Below, piece by piece: positions 1-8,573 of a DNA stretch of 64,000 nt. The translations under genes were made by a program, and so were the position numbers. Location of the stretch: the NCBI GenBank assembly GCA_965198235.1, contig OZ240248.1, positions 3,264,001 through 3,328,000 on the forward strand, given 5' to 3'. The stretch comes from Candidatus Poribacteria bacterium (GTDB lineage: Bacteria > Poribacteria > WGA-4E > WGA-3G). The notes beneath the pieces are model-generated. The model saw nothing but the letters and a program-made list of their open reading frames with translations. It was not told where the DNA came from and did no database searches. Position 1 is the stretch's first letter. Each line of letters opens with the position of its first letter.

Positions 1-1
1 G

Positions 2-496
2 AATGGGTGTGTTATCTTTAACCCCAGTTATCGAATGAAATGGAATCAGGTCGGCAATAGCCTTTCTAACCTACAAAATGTCTCTATTTCTCAAACTGAT
101 TACAAAGGCATAGCAGTGTCAGGATTCGACTCAAGTGTTTACTACACTGAGATAGATGGACTGTTTCTTATGGGTTTCGAGGAGGATCAGGTCTGTGCAC
201 TTATTGATGGGATTAAACAGCAAAAGAGACCTTCCTACTTAAAACAGCTGCCAAAAACACCGACTGCATTTGCTCAACTGAATGTAGCACGGGCTCTGGA
301 AATGGAAAAAGGGTCGCCACCCGCTGACAAGCTGCTTGTCGATTCTAAAGAGATACCCCTGCTGCTCGCTTGGCTTTCTGTTGAAGATGATGTTGCTCTG
401 TTGGAAGTAACGCTGTCGGAAGAAGAGACACCTGTTGAGGTGTTAGCGAAACTGGTTCCATTTTTGATTTGGAATATGGATGTTCAATGGGAATAA
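2..496 (+). CDS. Hypothetical protein, 3' part (gene starts upstream of the window)
   Basis: The frame of ORF 35..496 is open back to base 2. No recognisable motif. Confidence 0.55.
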   Translation, partial: NGCVIFNPSYRMKWNQVGNSLSNLQNVSISQTDYKGIAVSGFDSSVYYTEIDGLFLMGFEEDQVCALIDGIKQQKRPSYLKQLPKTPTAFAQLNVARALEMEKGSPPADKLLVDSKEIPLLLAWLSVEDDVALLEVTLSEEETPVEVLAKLVPFLIWNMDVQWE

Positions 497-532
497 TCTG
501 ATTAGACCCAACCGATTAAGGAGGAAACAATA

Positions 533-1723
533 GTGATTTGGAAAAGACTTAGCGTGAATGTGAGTACTGGTATATTTGTAAGGCGATGGTTTTGGATGCT
601 AACAACTGTCGTCAGTGTATTCCTCGGTTTAGGGATTAGCCAGATGCTTCAGCTTCATGAGGCGACGGCAGAATCCCAGAATGATGGCTTGTCCGAACTC
701 GCTGCGGAACTTGATGCAATCAAAGCGAAGCATAGAATGCTACAAGCGAAATGGCAATCCGAATTACTCGCACAGGTCGTCCCAACTTTAGTAGACGAAT
801 CTGATGGTGTGAAACGTCAATTTGTCGATTTCCTTGAAGAAATTGGGAATCCCGGTACCCCTGCCCTCGTTGCGATGCTTCGAGATCCGGCTGAGCGTGT
901 CCGCAAAGAGGCGGTTGAGGCGTTAGGCGAAATCGGTGAAAACGAGAGAAAAGCAGGACGAAATCCAGATGCTGCCGCAATCGGATTGGCGATGGCACTC
1001 AAAGACTCGTCAGAAAAGGTTTTCCGTGAGGCAGTTCAAGAGTTGGACGATGTTCGTCCGACATCTTCGGAATCGGTCGCTGTCGTCGTGCCAGCGCTCA
1101 TCGCAGCACGGACGAGAGGTTCATCAAGCGCACGCGACGATGTCGTCGATGTTTTAGGACGGATCGGCGAAATCCTCGCGAAAAACGGACAGTCCACTGA
1201 TACTATCCGAGATGCTTTAATTGCCAGTCTAAATGATAGTTCCAGAAAAGTCCGAACGAATGCGATAAATGAATTGTCTGATATACGAGCCGCCTCCACT
1301 GAAACGTTCACGGCGTTGATAGGTGCGCTTTCAGACAGCTCTGATTCCGTGCGCGCGAGTGCCGAAGATGCCTTAATTGAATTAGGAGAAGGTGCTGCTG
1401 CGACTATCACACCGATGTTGGCGGATGCGCTTACGAATACTCAGTCGTCCGTAACACGTGTGCAGATCGTTGATGTGCTTGGCGGAATCGGTGAAGCACT
1501 CGTAGACGACGGTAAATCTGGAGAGGTGGTCGTGGAACCTATTCTCGTAGCATTACGCGATACTGCCGAGGATGTCCGCCGCAACGCTGCCGATGAATTA
1601 GGAGAAATGCGCGCAACATCTCCTGAAGTGAGGACTGCCTTGACGGACGCACTCGATGATAGTTCTAAAGCCGTTCGCGATGCAGCGAAAAAGGCAATTC
1701 GACGGATTGAGAGAACCAAATAA
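533..1723 (+). CDS. Membrane-anchored HEAT/PBS-lyase repeat protein
   Basis: RBS AAGGAGG upstream of GTG; N-terminal hydrophobic helix and short coiled coil; about 8 repeats of the type L.D....VR..A...LG.I. Confidence 0.85.
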   Translation: MIWKRLSVNVSTGIFVRRWFWMLTTVVSVFLGLGISQMLQLHEATAESQNDGLSELAAELDAIKAKHRMLQAKWQSELLAQVVPTLVDESDGVKRQFVDFLEEIGNPGTPALVAMLRDPAERVRKEAVEALGEIGENERKAGRNPDAAAIGLAMALKDSSEKVFREAVQELDDVRPTSSESVAVVVPALIAARTRGSSSARDDVVDVLGRIGEILAKNGQSTDTIRDALIASLNDSSRKVRTNAINELSDIRAASTETFTALIGALSDSSDSVRASAEDALIELGEGAAATITPMLADALTNTQSSVTRVQIVDVLGGIGEALVDDGKSGEVVVEPILVALRDTAEDVRRNAADELGEMRATSPEVRTALTDALDDSSKAVRDAAKKAIRRIERTK

Positions 1724-1883
1724 CATTTCGTGCAAAATTGTAAGAACAACGTGAGCTTGATAAAAAGTCTTGTAGGTGTTTTTGCTTGGGTGTTTCCCCC
1801 AGGTTGAACGGGAATCAAGTAAAACGTGGATAGAAAAGACACCGGTCAAGTTCAGTAGGAAACCTGAAGCCACTAAAGAACGA

Positions 1884-2016
1884 GTGAAACCCAACGCTTT
1901 TTACTTCTAACACGATGCGTCTGTTGGGTTTCGCTATATATCTCTCTATCAACGATTCGCAGAAAGGCGTAATTTCCTGTATAAACGCAAGGGGTTTACC
2001 GCTCAACCCAACCTAC
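1884..2016 (-). repeat. REP-like palindrome cluster (GTAGGTTGGGTTGA...AACCC family)
   Basis: 1992-2016 GGGTTTACCGCTCAACCCAACCTAC is the reverse of the 5533 element. GTGAAACCCAACG (1884) and GTTGGGTTTCG (1923) form an inverted pair. Confidence 0.6.
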
Positions 2017-2311
2017 GGAAACCATATTTTGAAATAGAGCATAGACATTTGAAAACAAGTTTTTCAAGTAAAAAACGAGCCCACGCGTTCTATAAGGGTG
2101 CTATGTCTGTAGAAAATTTTAGGTTAAAATTATGCACCCTTTCTTCGCATGGGCGCGTCACCAATATAGGCGGTTTGTTAAACTTCTTACCAGTTCTTGC
2201 GTCTTAATTAACAACAACGGATACTATATGATAGATTTATAAAAAAAATAATATAGAGGCTACTTCTCGCGTGAGGTACGGGATCCCGCCGAAAAGTAGA
2301 GCTTTTACACT

Positions 2312-4081
2312 ATGCAACAGACACTGAACACGGCTTCGCTTGTTGAGGTGATGCGACAGGCATCTTTCATTTCAGAACAAGACTATACAGACATCGTTGC
2401 AGAGATAAAACAAACCGGTGCCTCCGAAGCCGCTGTGCTTTCTAAGCATGGCGTTCCCTCCAATCTCCTTGCACTCGCGACAAAAAGTGTCGAATGTGGG
2501 ACATCTTTCATCCAATTGGAAGGTATTATTCCTGAACCTGACGTGCTTGAAAAGGTGTCGCCAGGGTTCGCATACCGAAATAAAATCGTGCCTATTGAGT
2601 TGATAGGCGATCAACTTACGGTCGCGATGGTGGATGTCCTGGATGTCGTTCTCATTGACGAGATTGAACTCATCACAAGTTGCCAAATTACACCTGTTCT
2701 TGCGGATGAAACAGATATTGACGAGTCGATCGTCCGTCTCTATGGACGCACTGCTGAGAGTCTACTCAGCGCTGGTATCAAGGGACCCATTGGTGCAACT
2801 GCGACTCTTGAACGCGAGACTATTGACGACTTTGGAATTGATGAGAAAGACCTCAGCCAAGATCCGACAGTTATACATGCTGTTGACCAGATGATTATTG
2901 ATGCTGTCCGGATGGGGGCGAGTGATATCCACATTGAACCCTACCCGGCTCAGTTAAAGATTAGGTTCCGCGTTGATGGTGTGTTGGAGGACCAGCCACA
3001 ACCCCCCGCTTATCTCCAATCCGCAATCACTTCGCGTATCAAAATTATGGCGGGAATGGATGTCGCGGAACGGAGACGTCCACAAGATGGAAAAATCAGT
3101 CGGCAGATTGGTAGTGTCGGCAACCGACAAATAGACCTCCGCGTCTCTACTGTCCCAACTGTTGCGACACTGCACGGTGAAAGCGTTGTCCTCCGTATCC
3201 TCGACCGACAGTCTATCGACTTTGGGCTTGCAGAACTCGGGTTAACCGAAGAAAACCTCCAACTCTTTCAACGTATGATTCGTAAACCGCACGGTATCAT
3301 CCTTGCGACGGGACCCACCGGTAGCGGGAAAACCACGTCGCTTTATGCGTGTTTGAAAGAGATTAACACGCCCGATGTCAAAATCATAACCCTTGAAGAT
3401 CCGGTGGAGTACGAATTAGAGGGTATTAACCAAATCCAGGTCAATCCCGATATAGGCTTTACCTTCGCCCAAGGTCTTCGACATATCCTACGGCAGGATC
3501 CAGACAAGGTATTAGTCGGTGAGATCCGTGACTACGAAACCGCAGAGATGGCGATTCACACGTCGCTTACAGGGCATCTTGTCTTTAGCACGCTTCATAC
3601 GAACGATGCCCCAGGCGCGATCACGCGACTTATTGATATGAATGTTGAACCTTATCTCGTTGCTTCCACAGTGGAAGGCATTATTGCTCAGAGGCTTGCC
3701 CGGCGTGTCTGCAAGGTGTGTTGTGAGATGTATTCACCTGAAATGCACGAACTGGCAGGGTTGATGAATAACGGCAATGATAGTAATATCCCTATTCCTT
3801 ATGACCTAAAGATTCCGCGAGCGGTGGGATGTAAGGAATGTCGAGGGAGAGGTTACAAAGGGAGAATCGGTATCTTTGAAGTGCTGTTCATGAGCGACGA
3901 GATTCGCTCGATGGCACTCAAGCAGGCATCGACGAGTGAGATTCGTAGACTCGCTGTCCAAATGGGCATGAAAGGCTTGCGTGAAGATGGGTGGCGCAAG
4001 GTCGCTGCTGGATTGACAACGGTTGACGAAGTTATTCGCTTAACACAGGAAGATGAATTTGATTTCGGGGAAGCCGTATAA
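2312..4081 (+). CDS. gspE: Type II secretion / type IV pilus assembly ATPase (GspE/PilB family)
   Basis: ASDIHIEP, Walker A GPTGSGKTT, TLEDPVE, LRQDPDKVLVGEIRD, STLHTND, tetracysteine CKVC/CKEC. Confidence 0.95.
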   Translation: MQQTLNTASLVEVMRQASFISEQDYTDIVAEIKQTGASEAAVLSKHGVPSNLLALATKSVECGTSFIQLEGIIPEPDVLEKVSPGFAYRNKIVPIELIGDQLTVAMVDVLDVVLIDEIELITSCQITPVLADETDIDESIVRLYGRTAESLLSAGIKGPIGATATLERETIDDFGIDEKDLSQDPTVIHAVDQMIIDAVRMGASDIHIEPYPAQLKIRFRVDGVLEDQPQPPAYLQSAITSRIKIMAGMDVAERRRPQDGKISRQIGSVGNRQIDLRVSTVPTVATLHGESVVLRILDRQSIDFGLAELGLTEENLQLFQRMIRKPHGIILATGPTGSGKTTSLYACLKEINTPDVKIITLEDPVEYELEGINQIQVNPDIGFTFAQGLRHILRQDPDKVLVGEIRDYETAEMAIHTSLTGHLVFSTLHTNDAPGAITRLIDMNVEPYLVASTVEGIIAQRLARRVCKVCCEMYSPEMHELAGLMNNGNDSNIPIPYDLKIPRAVGCKECRGRGYKGRIGIFEVLFMSDEIRSMALKQASTSEIRRLAVQMGMKGLREDGWRKVAAGLTTVDEVIRLTQEDEFDFGEAV

Positions 4082-4085
4082 GCGG

Positions 4086-4109
4086 TCGCGAGCTGGAGCT
4101 CGCTCCTAC
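4086..4109 (-). repeat. GTAG-type REP palindrome
   Basis: TCGCGAGCTGGAGCTCGCTCCTAC; near-identical copy at 21642-21665. Confidence 0.7.
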
Positions 4110-4198
4110 AAGTAAAGCAAAACTCGCAACGATGTGGGGAAGTCTGAAGTCTTTTTAATATATACGTGTGATCCTGAAGTGTAGCGGAGGGGTTGATT

Positions 4199-5425
4199 GT
4201 GCCAGTGTTCCGATATGAAGCACTCACCCATAGCGGTGGTACCGTTACGAATACAATAGAAGCCGACTCCAAAGCCGAACTCATCTCTCGTTTACGGCAG
4301 ATGGGCTATTGGCCCACGGACATTGTTGAAGAGACGGAGGATGCCGCACCGGCGGATGTACGTCGCTGGTTTGAAATCGGCAGACGTGGTGTGAAGTCGA
4401 CGGATGTTGAGTTCTTTACGTACCAGTTAGCGACGCTGGTGAACGCACACGTTCCCCTGCCACGCGCACTGGAGGTTACACTCGGTCAAATCCAAAGTCC
4501 TGCGCTTCACCGTATCGTCTCACAAGTGAAGTACGATGTGGAACACGGTGCGACTTTTCACGACGCTCTCACCCAGCACCCGAAGGTGTTTTCTGATCTT
4601 TATGTCAATATGGTAAGAGCCGGCGAGAGTGGTGGTGTCCTCGGTTTAGTCTTAGAACGGCTCGCAGAGTTCGCTGAACGTCAAAGAATTCTCAAAAACG
4701 ATGTCGTCTCGGCACTCTTCTATCCAGTTATCTTGTTGACCCTTAGCATTTCCGCTGTTGCAGTACTTATGATTCTTGTCATACCGAAATTCACTGCAAT
4801 GTTCAACGATCTCGGTGTCGAATTGCCGCTGCCAACCCGAATTCTCATTGGTGCCACCGATGCCTTCCAAACCTATTGGTGGCTCGGACTTCTCGTGGTC
4901 ATCGTAGGTGTAGCAGGCTTGAAACACTATCTCCGTCGTGAAGCCGGTCAAGTCTGGTTTGATCGCCTAAAACTCAAATTACCCCTCATCGGACCAATAT
5001 TTAGCACCTTTGCCATTGTCCGCTTCACCCGAACGATGGCAACACTGTTAGAAAATGGTGTACGTATGCTGCCTGCTCTCCAAGTCGTAAAAGACACTAT
5101 CGGGAATAAGGTGTACAGCAATGTCGTCGCCGCCGCAGAAACGGAAGTTGAACAGGGCTCCACGCTCTCCCGTGAGCTGGGTAGGAGCAAGGATTTTCCT
5201 GAATTCGTCACCCACATGGTGGCTGTTGGCGAGGAATCCGGCGAACCTGTTCACATGCTCAGCAAGTTATCTGAATACTACGATTTAGAGATAAAAAAGA
5301 GTCTTGAACGTCTAACGAGTTCCATCGGTCCTATTGTCATTTTATTGATGGGACTTGTTATCGGGTTTATCGCTGTCGCGATGATCCTCCCAATTTTTGA
5401 GGCGAACCAATTATTAAGCAACTAA
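4199..5425 (+). CDS. gspF: Type II secretion inner-membrane platform protein (GspF/PilC)
   Basis: MPVFRYEAL start (GTG, GGAGG upstream), FTYQLATLV, HPKVFSDLYVNMVRAGESGG, MVAVGEESG, terminal TM AMILPIF. Confidence 0.95.
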   Translation: MPVFRYEALTHSGGTVTNTIEADSKAELISRLRQMGYWPTDIVEETEDAAPADVRRWFEIGRRGVKSTDVEFFTYQLATLVNAHVPLPRALEVTLGQIQSPALHRIVSQVKYDVEHGATFHDALTQHPKVFSDLYVNMVRAGESGGVLGLVLERLAEFAERQRILKNDVVSALFYPVILLTLSISAVAVLMILVIPKFTAMFNDLGVELPLPTRILIGATDAFQTYWWLGLLVVIVGVAGLKHYLRREAGQVWFDRLKLKLPLIGPIFSTFAIVRFTRTMATLLENGVRMLPALQVVKDTIGNKVYSNVVAAAETEVEQGSTLSRELGRSKDFPEFVTHMVAVGEESGEPVHMLSKLSEYYDLEIKKSLERLTSSIGPIVILLMGLVIGFIAVAMILPIFEANQLLSN

Positions 5426-5490
5426 TTTTTAAAACGATAAGCCTCTGATCTGCCCTCCATTTCATTTCGGGCAGGTGTTCGGTTAATTCG
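5426..5490 (+). repeat. Single arm of the T2SS-operon inverted-repeat element (copy A)
   Basis: TTTTAAAACGATAAGCCTCTGATCTGCCC-TCCATTTCATTTC-GGGCAGGT matches the reverse complement of the right arms of copies B-E. Confidence 0.8.
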
Positions 5491-5532
5491 AGGCGGCTTT
5501 GGCTCTTGTGGGCGGTTAAAGAAAATTAGAAT

Positions 5533-5563
5533 GTAGGTTGGGTTGAACGAAGTGAAACCCAAC
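5533..5563 (+). repeat. GTAG-type REP palindrome
   Basis: GTAG followed by the hairpin GTTGGGTT-GAACGAAGTGA-AACCCAAC; degenerate copies near 2000 and 52207. Confidence 0.75.
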
Positions 5564-5594
5564 TATATCTGACTATTATTAAGGAGAAAAATAA

Positions 5595-6050
5595 ATGTAC
5601 GCTGGACTTAAATCCGATCAATCCGGGTTGACACTCATTGAATTGACGATCGTCATTGTCATTTTAGGGATTTTGGCTGCCTTCATCGCGCCGCGTGTTA
5701 TCAATGCCCCGCAGCAAGCGAAAGTCGCGAAGGCACAAACAGAGGTTAACGGTATCAAAACCGCGTTGGAACAGTATGCGATCGCAACAGGCGAATATCC
5801 GACAACCGAACAAGGATTAAGTGCTTTGTGGCGGGCACCGAGCCCCGCACCCGCAAATTGGGATGGTCCCTATATTGACAGCCCCAATTTCGTAGATCCA
5901 TGGAATAACCCATACGTCTATCGCCAACCCAGTACCCATTACGGATACGACTATGACCTCTATTCGATGGGTAAGGATGGGAAGGTAGGCGGCACTGAAC
6001 TGGACGCGGACATCACCAATTGGGTTGATGAAACCACCGGAGCTTACTAA
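5595..6050 (+). CDS. gspG: Major pseudopilin GspG
   Basis: Prepilin site QSG|LTLIEL; YPTTEQGLSAL, WDGPY, DPWNNPYVY, YDLYSMGKDG...DADITNW; AAGGAG RBS. Confidence 0.95.
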   Translation: MYAGLKSDQSGLTLIELTIVIVILGILAAFIAPRVINAPQQAKVAKAQTEVNGIKTALEQYAIATGEYPTTEQGLSALWRAPSPAPANWDGPYIDSPNFVDPWNNPYVYRQPSTHYGYDYDLYSMGKDGKVGGTELDADITNWVDETTGAY

Positions 6051-6054
6051 AACA

Positions 6055-6771
6055 ATGCTGCGAACAACAGTTAGGCGCGATTTCTGTATTGTGCCTAACT
6101 TTCAACCCCAGAGTGGCTTCACAATTACGGAGTTGCTAATCGTCTTAACCCTCATCGGTATACTGTCAGTAATCTCTATGCCGACACTGAAAGGGTTCGC
6201 GGCAACGCGCCGTTTAAAAGCCTCTGCTTATACACTCCGCAGCCTCCTCACGTTTGCACGGGATATGGCAGTCACGGATCAAACGGCACACCTCGTCGTT
6301 TTTGACTTTGACAACGAGCGATACTGGCTTGCCTCCAGTGAAACGTTTGACCCCAGTAATCCGCTTACGTCGGCACTGACGGCTCAAAATTCTACCGTTG
6401 TAGCTGCTATACAGAATAATACACAAAGGAATTCGGGGTTACAAACCCCTCCTACAACAAGAACCTCCGCTTCACAGGCTCCTTTAGCACGATCCAGTGG
6501 TATTTTGGGTGTGCCCTACCCGATGGAACAGAATGTAACATTAGCTGCGATAGTAACCAACCACAACGGTAGGACTGTTCAGGTCGATTCTGGCGTGGAG
6601 TACATCTATTTCTCGTCTACTTCCACCTCCGAGGATGCTTTCGTATACCTCCAGAACTCACGGAATCAGATAATGTCTGTTACTGTTGAGGCAGCGAGCG
6701 GACGTGTCCGAGTGCGACAACTTACATCTCAGGAGGTCGAGATGTTGGGCTTTGCAATCTCCGATTTTTAA
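6055..6771 (+). CDS. gspH: Minor pseudopilin, GspH/FimT-like
   Basis: QSG|FTITELLIVL prepilin motif, L..AR..AV pattern, position directly after gspG. Start uncertain (6025 or 6055). Confidence 0.8.
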   Translation: MLRTTVRRDFCIVPNFQPQSGFTITELLIVLTLIGILSVISMPTLKGFAATRRLKASAYTLRSLLTFARDMAVTDQTAHLVVFDFDNERYWLASSETFDPSNPLTSALTAQNSTVVAAIQNNTQRNSGLQTPPTTRTSASQAPLARSSGILGVPYPMEQNVTLAAIVTNHNGRTVQVDSGVEYIYFSSTSTSEDAFVYLQNSRNQIMSVTVEAASGRVRVRQLTSQEVEMLGFAISDF

Positions 6772-6918
6772 TTTATTGAATATGGGCGTTGTTCCACTTC
6801 GTTTCACAACGGTTTCCGTCTCGGTAGAGAACCTGCGTTAGGTTATGAGAAGTTGCTAACTTTACCTGAGACCATTGCGAAATGTAATGGAGCAATGCTC
6901 AGAGGCAATCGTTTAAAA
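6766..6918. repeat. Long inverted-repeat (MITE/REPIN-like) element, copy B
   Basis: Left arm TTTTAATTTATTGAATATGGG-CGTTGT-TCCACTTCGTTTC-ACAACG; right arm CATTGC-GAAATGTAATGGA-GCAATG-CTCAGAGGCAATCGTTTAAAA. Confidence 0.85.
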
Positions 6919-6920
6919 AT

Positions 6921-7358
6921 ATGAAACTGCCAATTACGCGCCCAGCACCAGCAGAAAAAAATGGTTTTACCCTCGTCGAGGTCCTTGTGACATTGGCGAT
7001 TTTGGCGGCGGTCTTGCCAGCACTGTTGCAAGCGTTTGCTTCCGCTGCCCGTAACCAAGGGCTTTCAGACAACAGTACGACCGCACTCTATCTTCTCAAA
7101 TATCGGATGGCAGAGATTGAGATGGAGGGTTATCCAGATGTTGGTGAAGAATCCGACGAGTTCGGTGAAAATACACGCTACCGTTGGCGTTCCGTCGTTG
7201 AGGATGTAGATTCTGAAGATGTTGAAAACATCCGTCGGGTTCAAGTAACCGTCACATGGATACATAGAAACAGAGAACGTTCACTGTCTATAAGCACCTA
7301 CATCGCAGATCGGCAAATGTCACAAAATCAAGCACAACAGCCGGGCGGCGGTCGATGA
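6921..7358 (+). CDS. gspI: Minor pseudopilin, GspI-like
   Basis: KNG|FTLVEVLVTLAIL; C-terminal YRWRS...IRRVQVTVTW typical of GspI. Confidence 0.85.
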   Translation: MKLPITRPAPAEKNGFTLVEVLVTLAILAAVLPALLQAFASAARNQGLSDNSTTALYLLKYRMAEIEMEGYPDVGEESDEFGENTRYRWRSVVEDVDSEDVENIRRVQVTVTWIHRNRERSLSISTYIADRQMSQNQAQQPGGGR

Positions 7359-7373
7359 CCTTTCTACGAAGGT

Positions 7374-8285
7374 ATGAAGATTATGGAGACCCAAGAAACC
7401 CGCAACAACACAACCACCGAAAGCGGGCTCACACTCGTTGAGATGCTCATGGCAGTAAGTATCCTCGTCATCATCGGGGGTTCAGCGTATTTTGCCTTCA
7501 AAACAGCCGTGGATGCCTACCATCAGACGGAGGAGAAGATATTGGCTGCACAGAGGAGCCGGGTTGCGATGGACAGGCTTGTGACGGATCTTAGCAACAT
7601 ACGAGTCTCACTGGAGGATCCAGAACTCGCTCTCTATACTCAAGATGGTCCAAGCCAATTAGGCGATAGGGACATGCTCAGTTTTGTCACGCTCGTTAAG
7701 ACGGATCCAGATCCGTTCTTAGAGCAACTTGCAAGTTTCCAATCTCAGAATGCCTCGCAAACGCCTTTGCCACTTTTAAGTGACGTGCAGCGTGTGGCTT
7801 ACTTTGTCGGATCCGAACCGTTACCCGGCGAATCCACTTTGAGTTCGTCAAACTTCCAAGAGTCCGTCACGGAAGACACTACTGATGTACAGAGCGGTGG
7901 ACTTGCTCTCTTTCGGGTGACAACGACAGCACTCGATCCTGAAGTTGTTATCGGTGCTCTGTTACAGACCGGTGAGGTTCCGGAGACAGATGAAAATGGT
8001 GAGCCTATTTATGTCAATATCGCAACCCTTGTTGCTGGACTTGTTAGTTTTGATCTCCAGTATTTCGATGGAGAGGCAGAGGCGTGGCGCGCCTCATGGG
8101 ACGATACTGAAAGCGTTCCGAGTGCTGTACAGGTCCTGCTAACTGTCCAAGGCGAAGCACAGATGCCTTCAAACATTAATGTAGCACAGGGCACAACGCA
8201 GAGCCAGCCGACAATACAGTCAACGGGTATGACGCAAGCGACGATGGTGTATCTTCCTGCAAGTGCCACCGCTGGTGGTTTTTAA
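7374..8285 (+). CDS. gspJ: Minor pseudopilin, GspJ-like
   Basis: ESG|LTLVEMLMAV; QRVAYF; F.L.YFDG...W..SWD....P.AV.V.L. Confidence 0.85.
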   Translation: MKIMETQETRNNTTTESGLTLVEMLMAVSILVIIGGSAYFAFKTAVDAYHQTEEKILAAQRSRVAMDRLVTDLSNIRVSLEDPELALYTQDGPSQLGDRDMLSFVTLVKTDPDPFLEQLASFQSQNASQTPLPLLSDVQRVAYFVGSEPLPGESTLSSSNFQESVTEDTTDVQSGGLALFRVTTTALDPEVVIGALLQTGEVPETDENGEPIYVNIATLVAGLVSFDLQYFDGEAEAWRASWDDTESVPSAVQVLLTVQGEAQMPSNINVAQGTTQSQPTIQSTGMTQATMVYLPASATAGGF

Positions 8286-8573
8286 ACTATTAGAATCTGT
8301 TAACCATCGAAGAAACACCCAAGCAAAAACACTCGTGCCTTAACATTTATAACGGAGTCGAGTTGATGGTTAAATCGTTCCAAATGTAAAGCATTCTGCG
8401 CAAGCCTATAGAGGCTTGCGGGACACTGCGAATCAAAATTATGCCATTTAAGGAAACCTAATTTCGTTTCACGATGGTTTTCGGTTAATTTCAACCGAGA
8501 CATCCCAGTATGAACTTCACCAGAGACCTGCCCGAAACGAAGTGGAGGGCAGCTCAGAGGCCCATAGTTAGAA
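8280..8573. repeat. Long inverted-repeat element, copy C (left arm interrupted by about 160 bp)
   Basis: Begins TTTTAAACTATTAGAATCTG, identical to 13449. Resumes at about 8463 with TTCGTTTCACGATGGTTTTCGGTTAATTTC. Right arm CTGCCC-GAAACGAAGTGGA-GGGCAG-CTCAGAGGCCCATAGTTAGAA abuts the gspK ATG. Confidence 0.8.
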
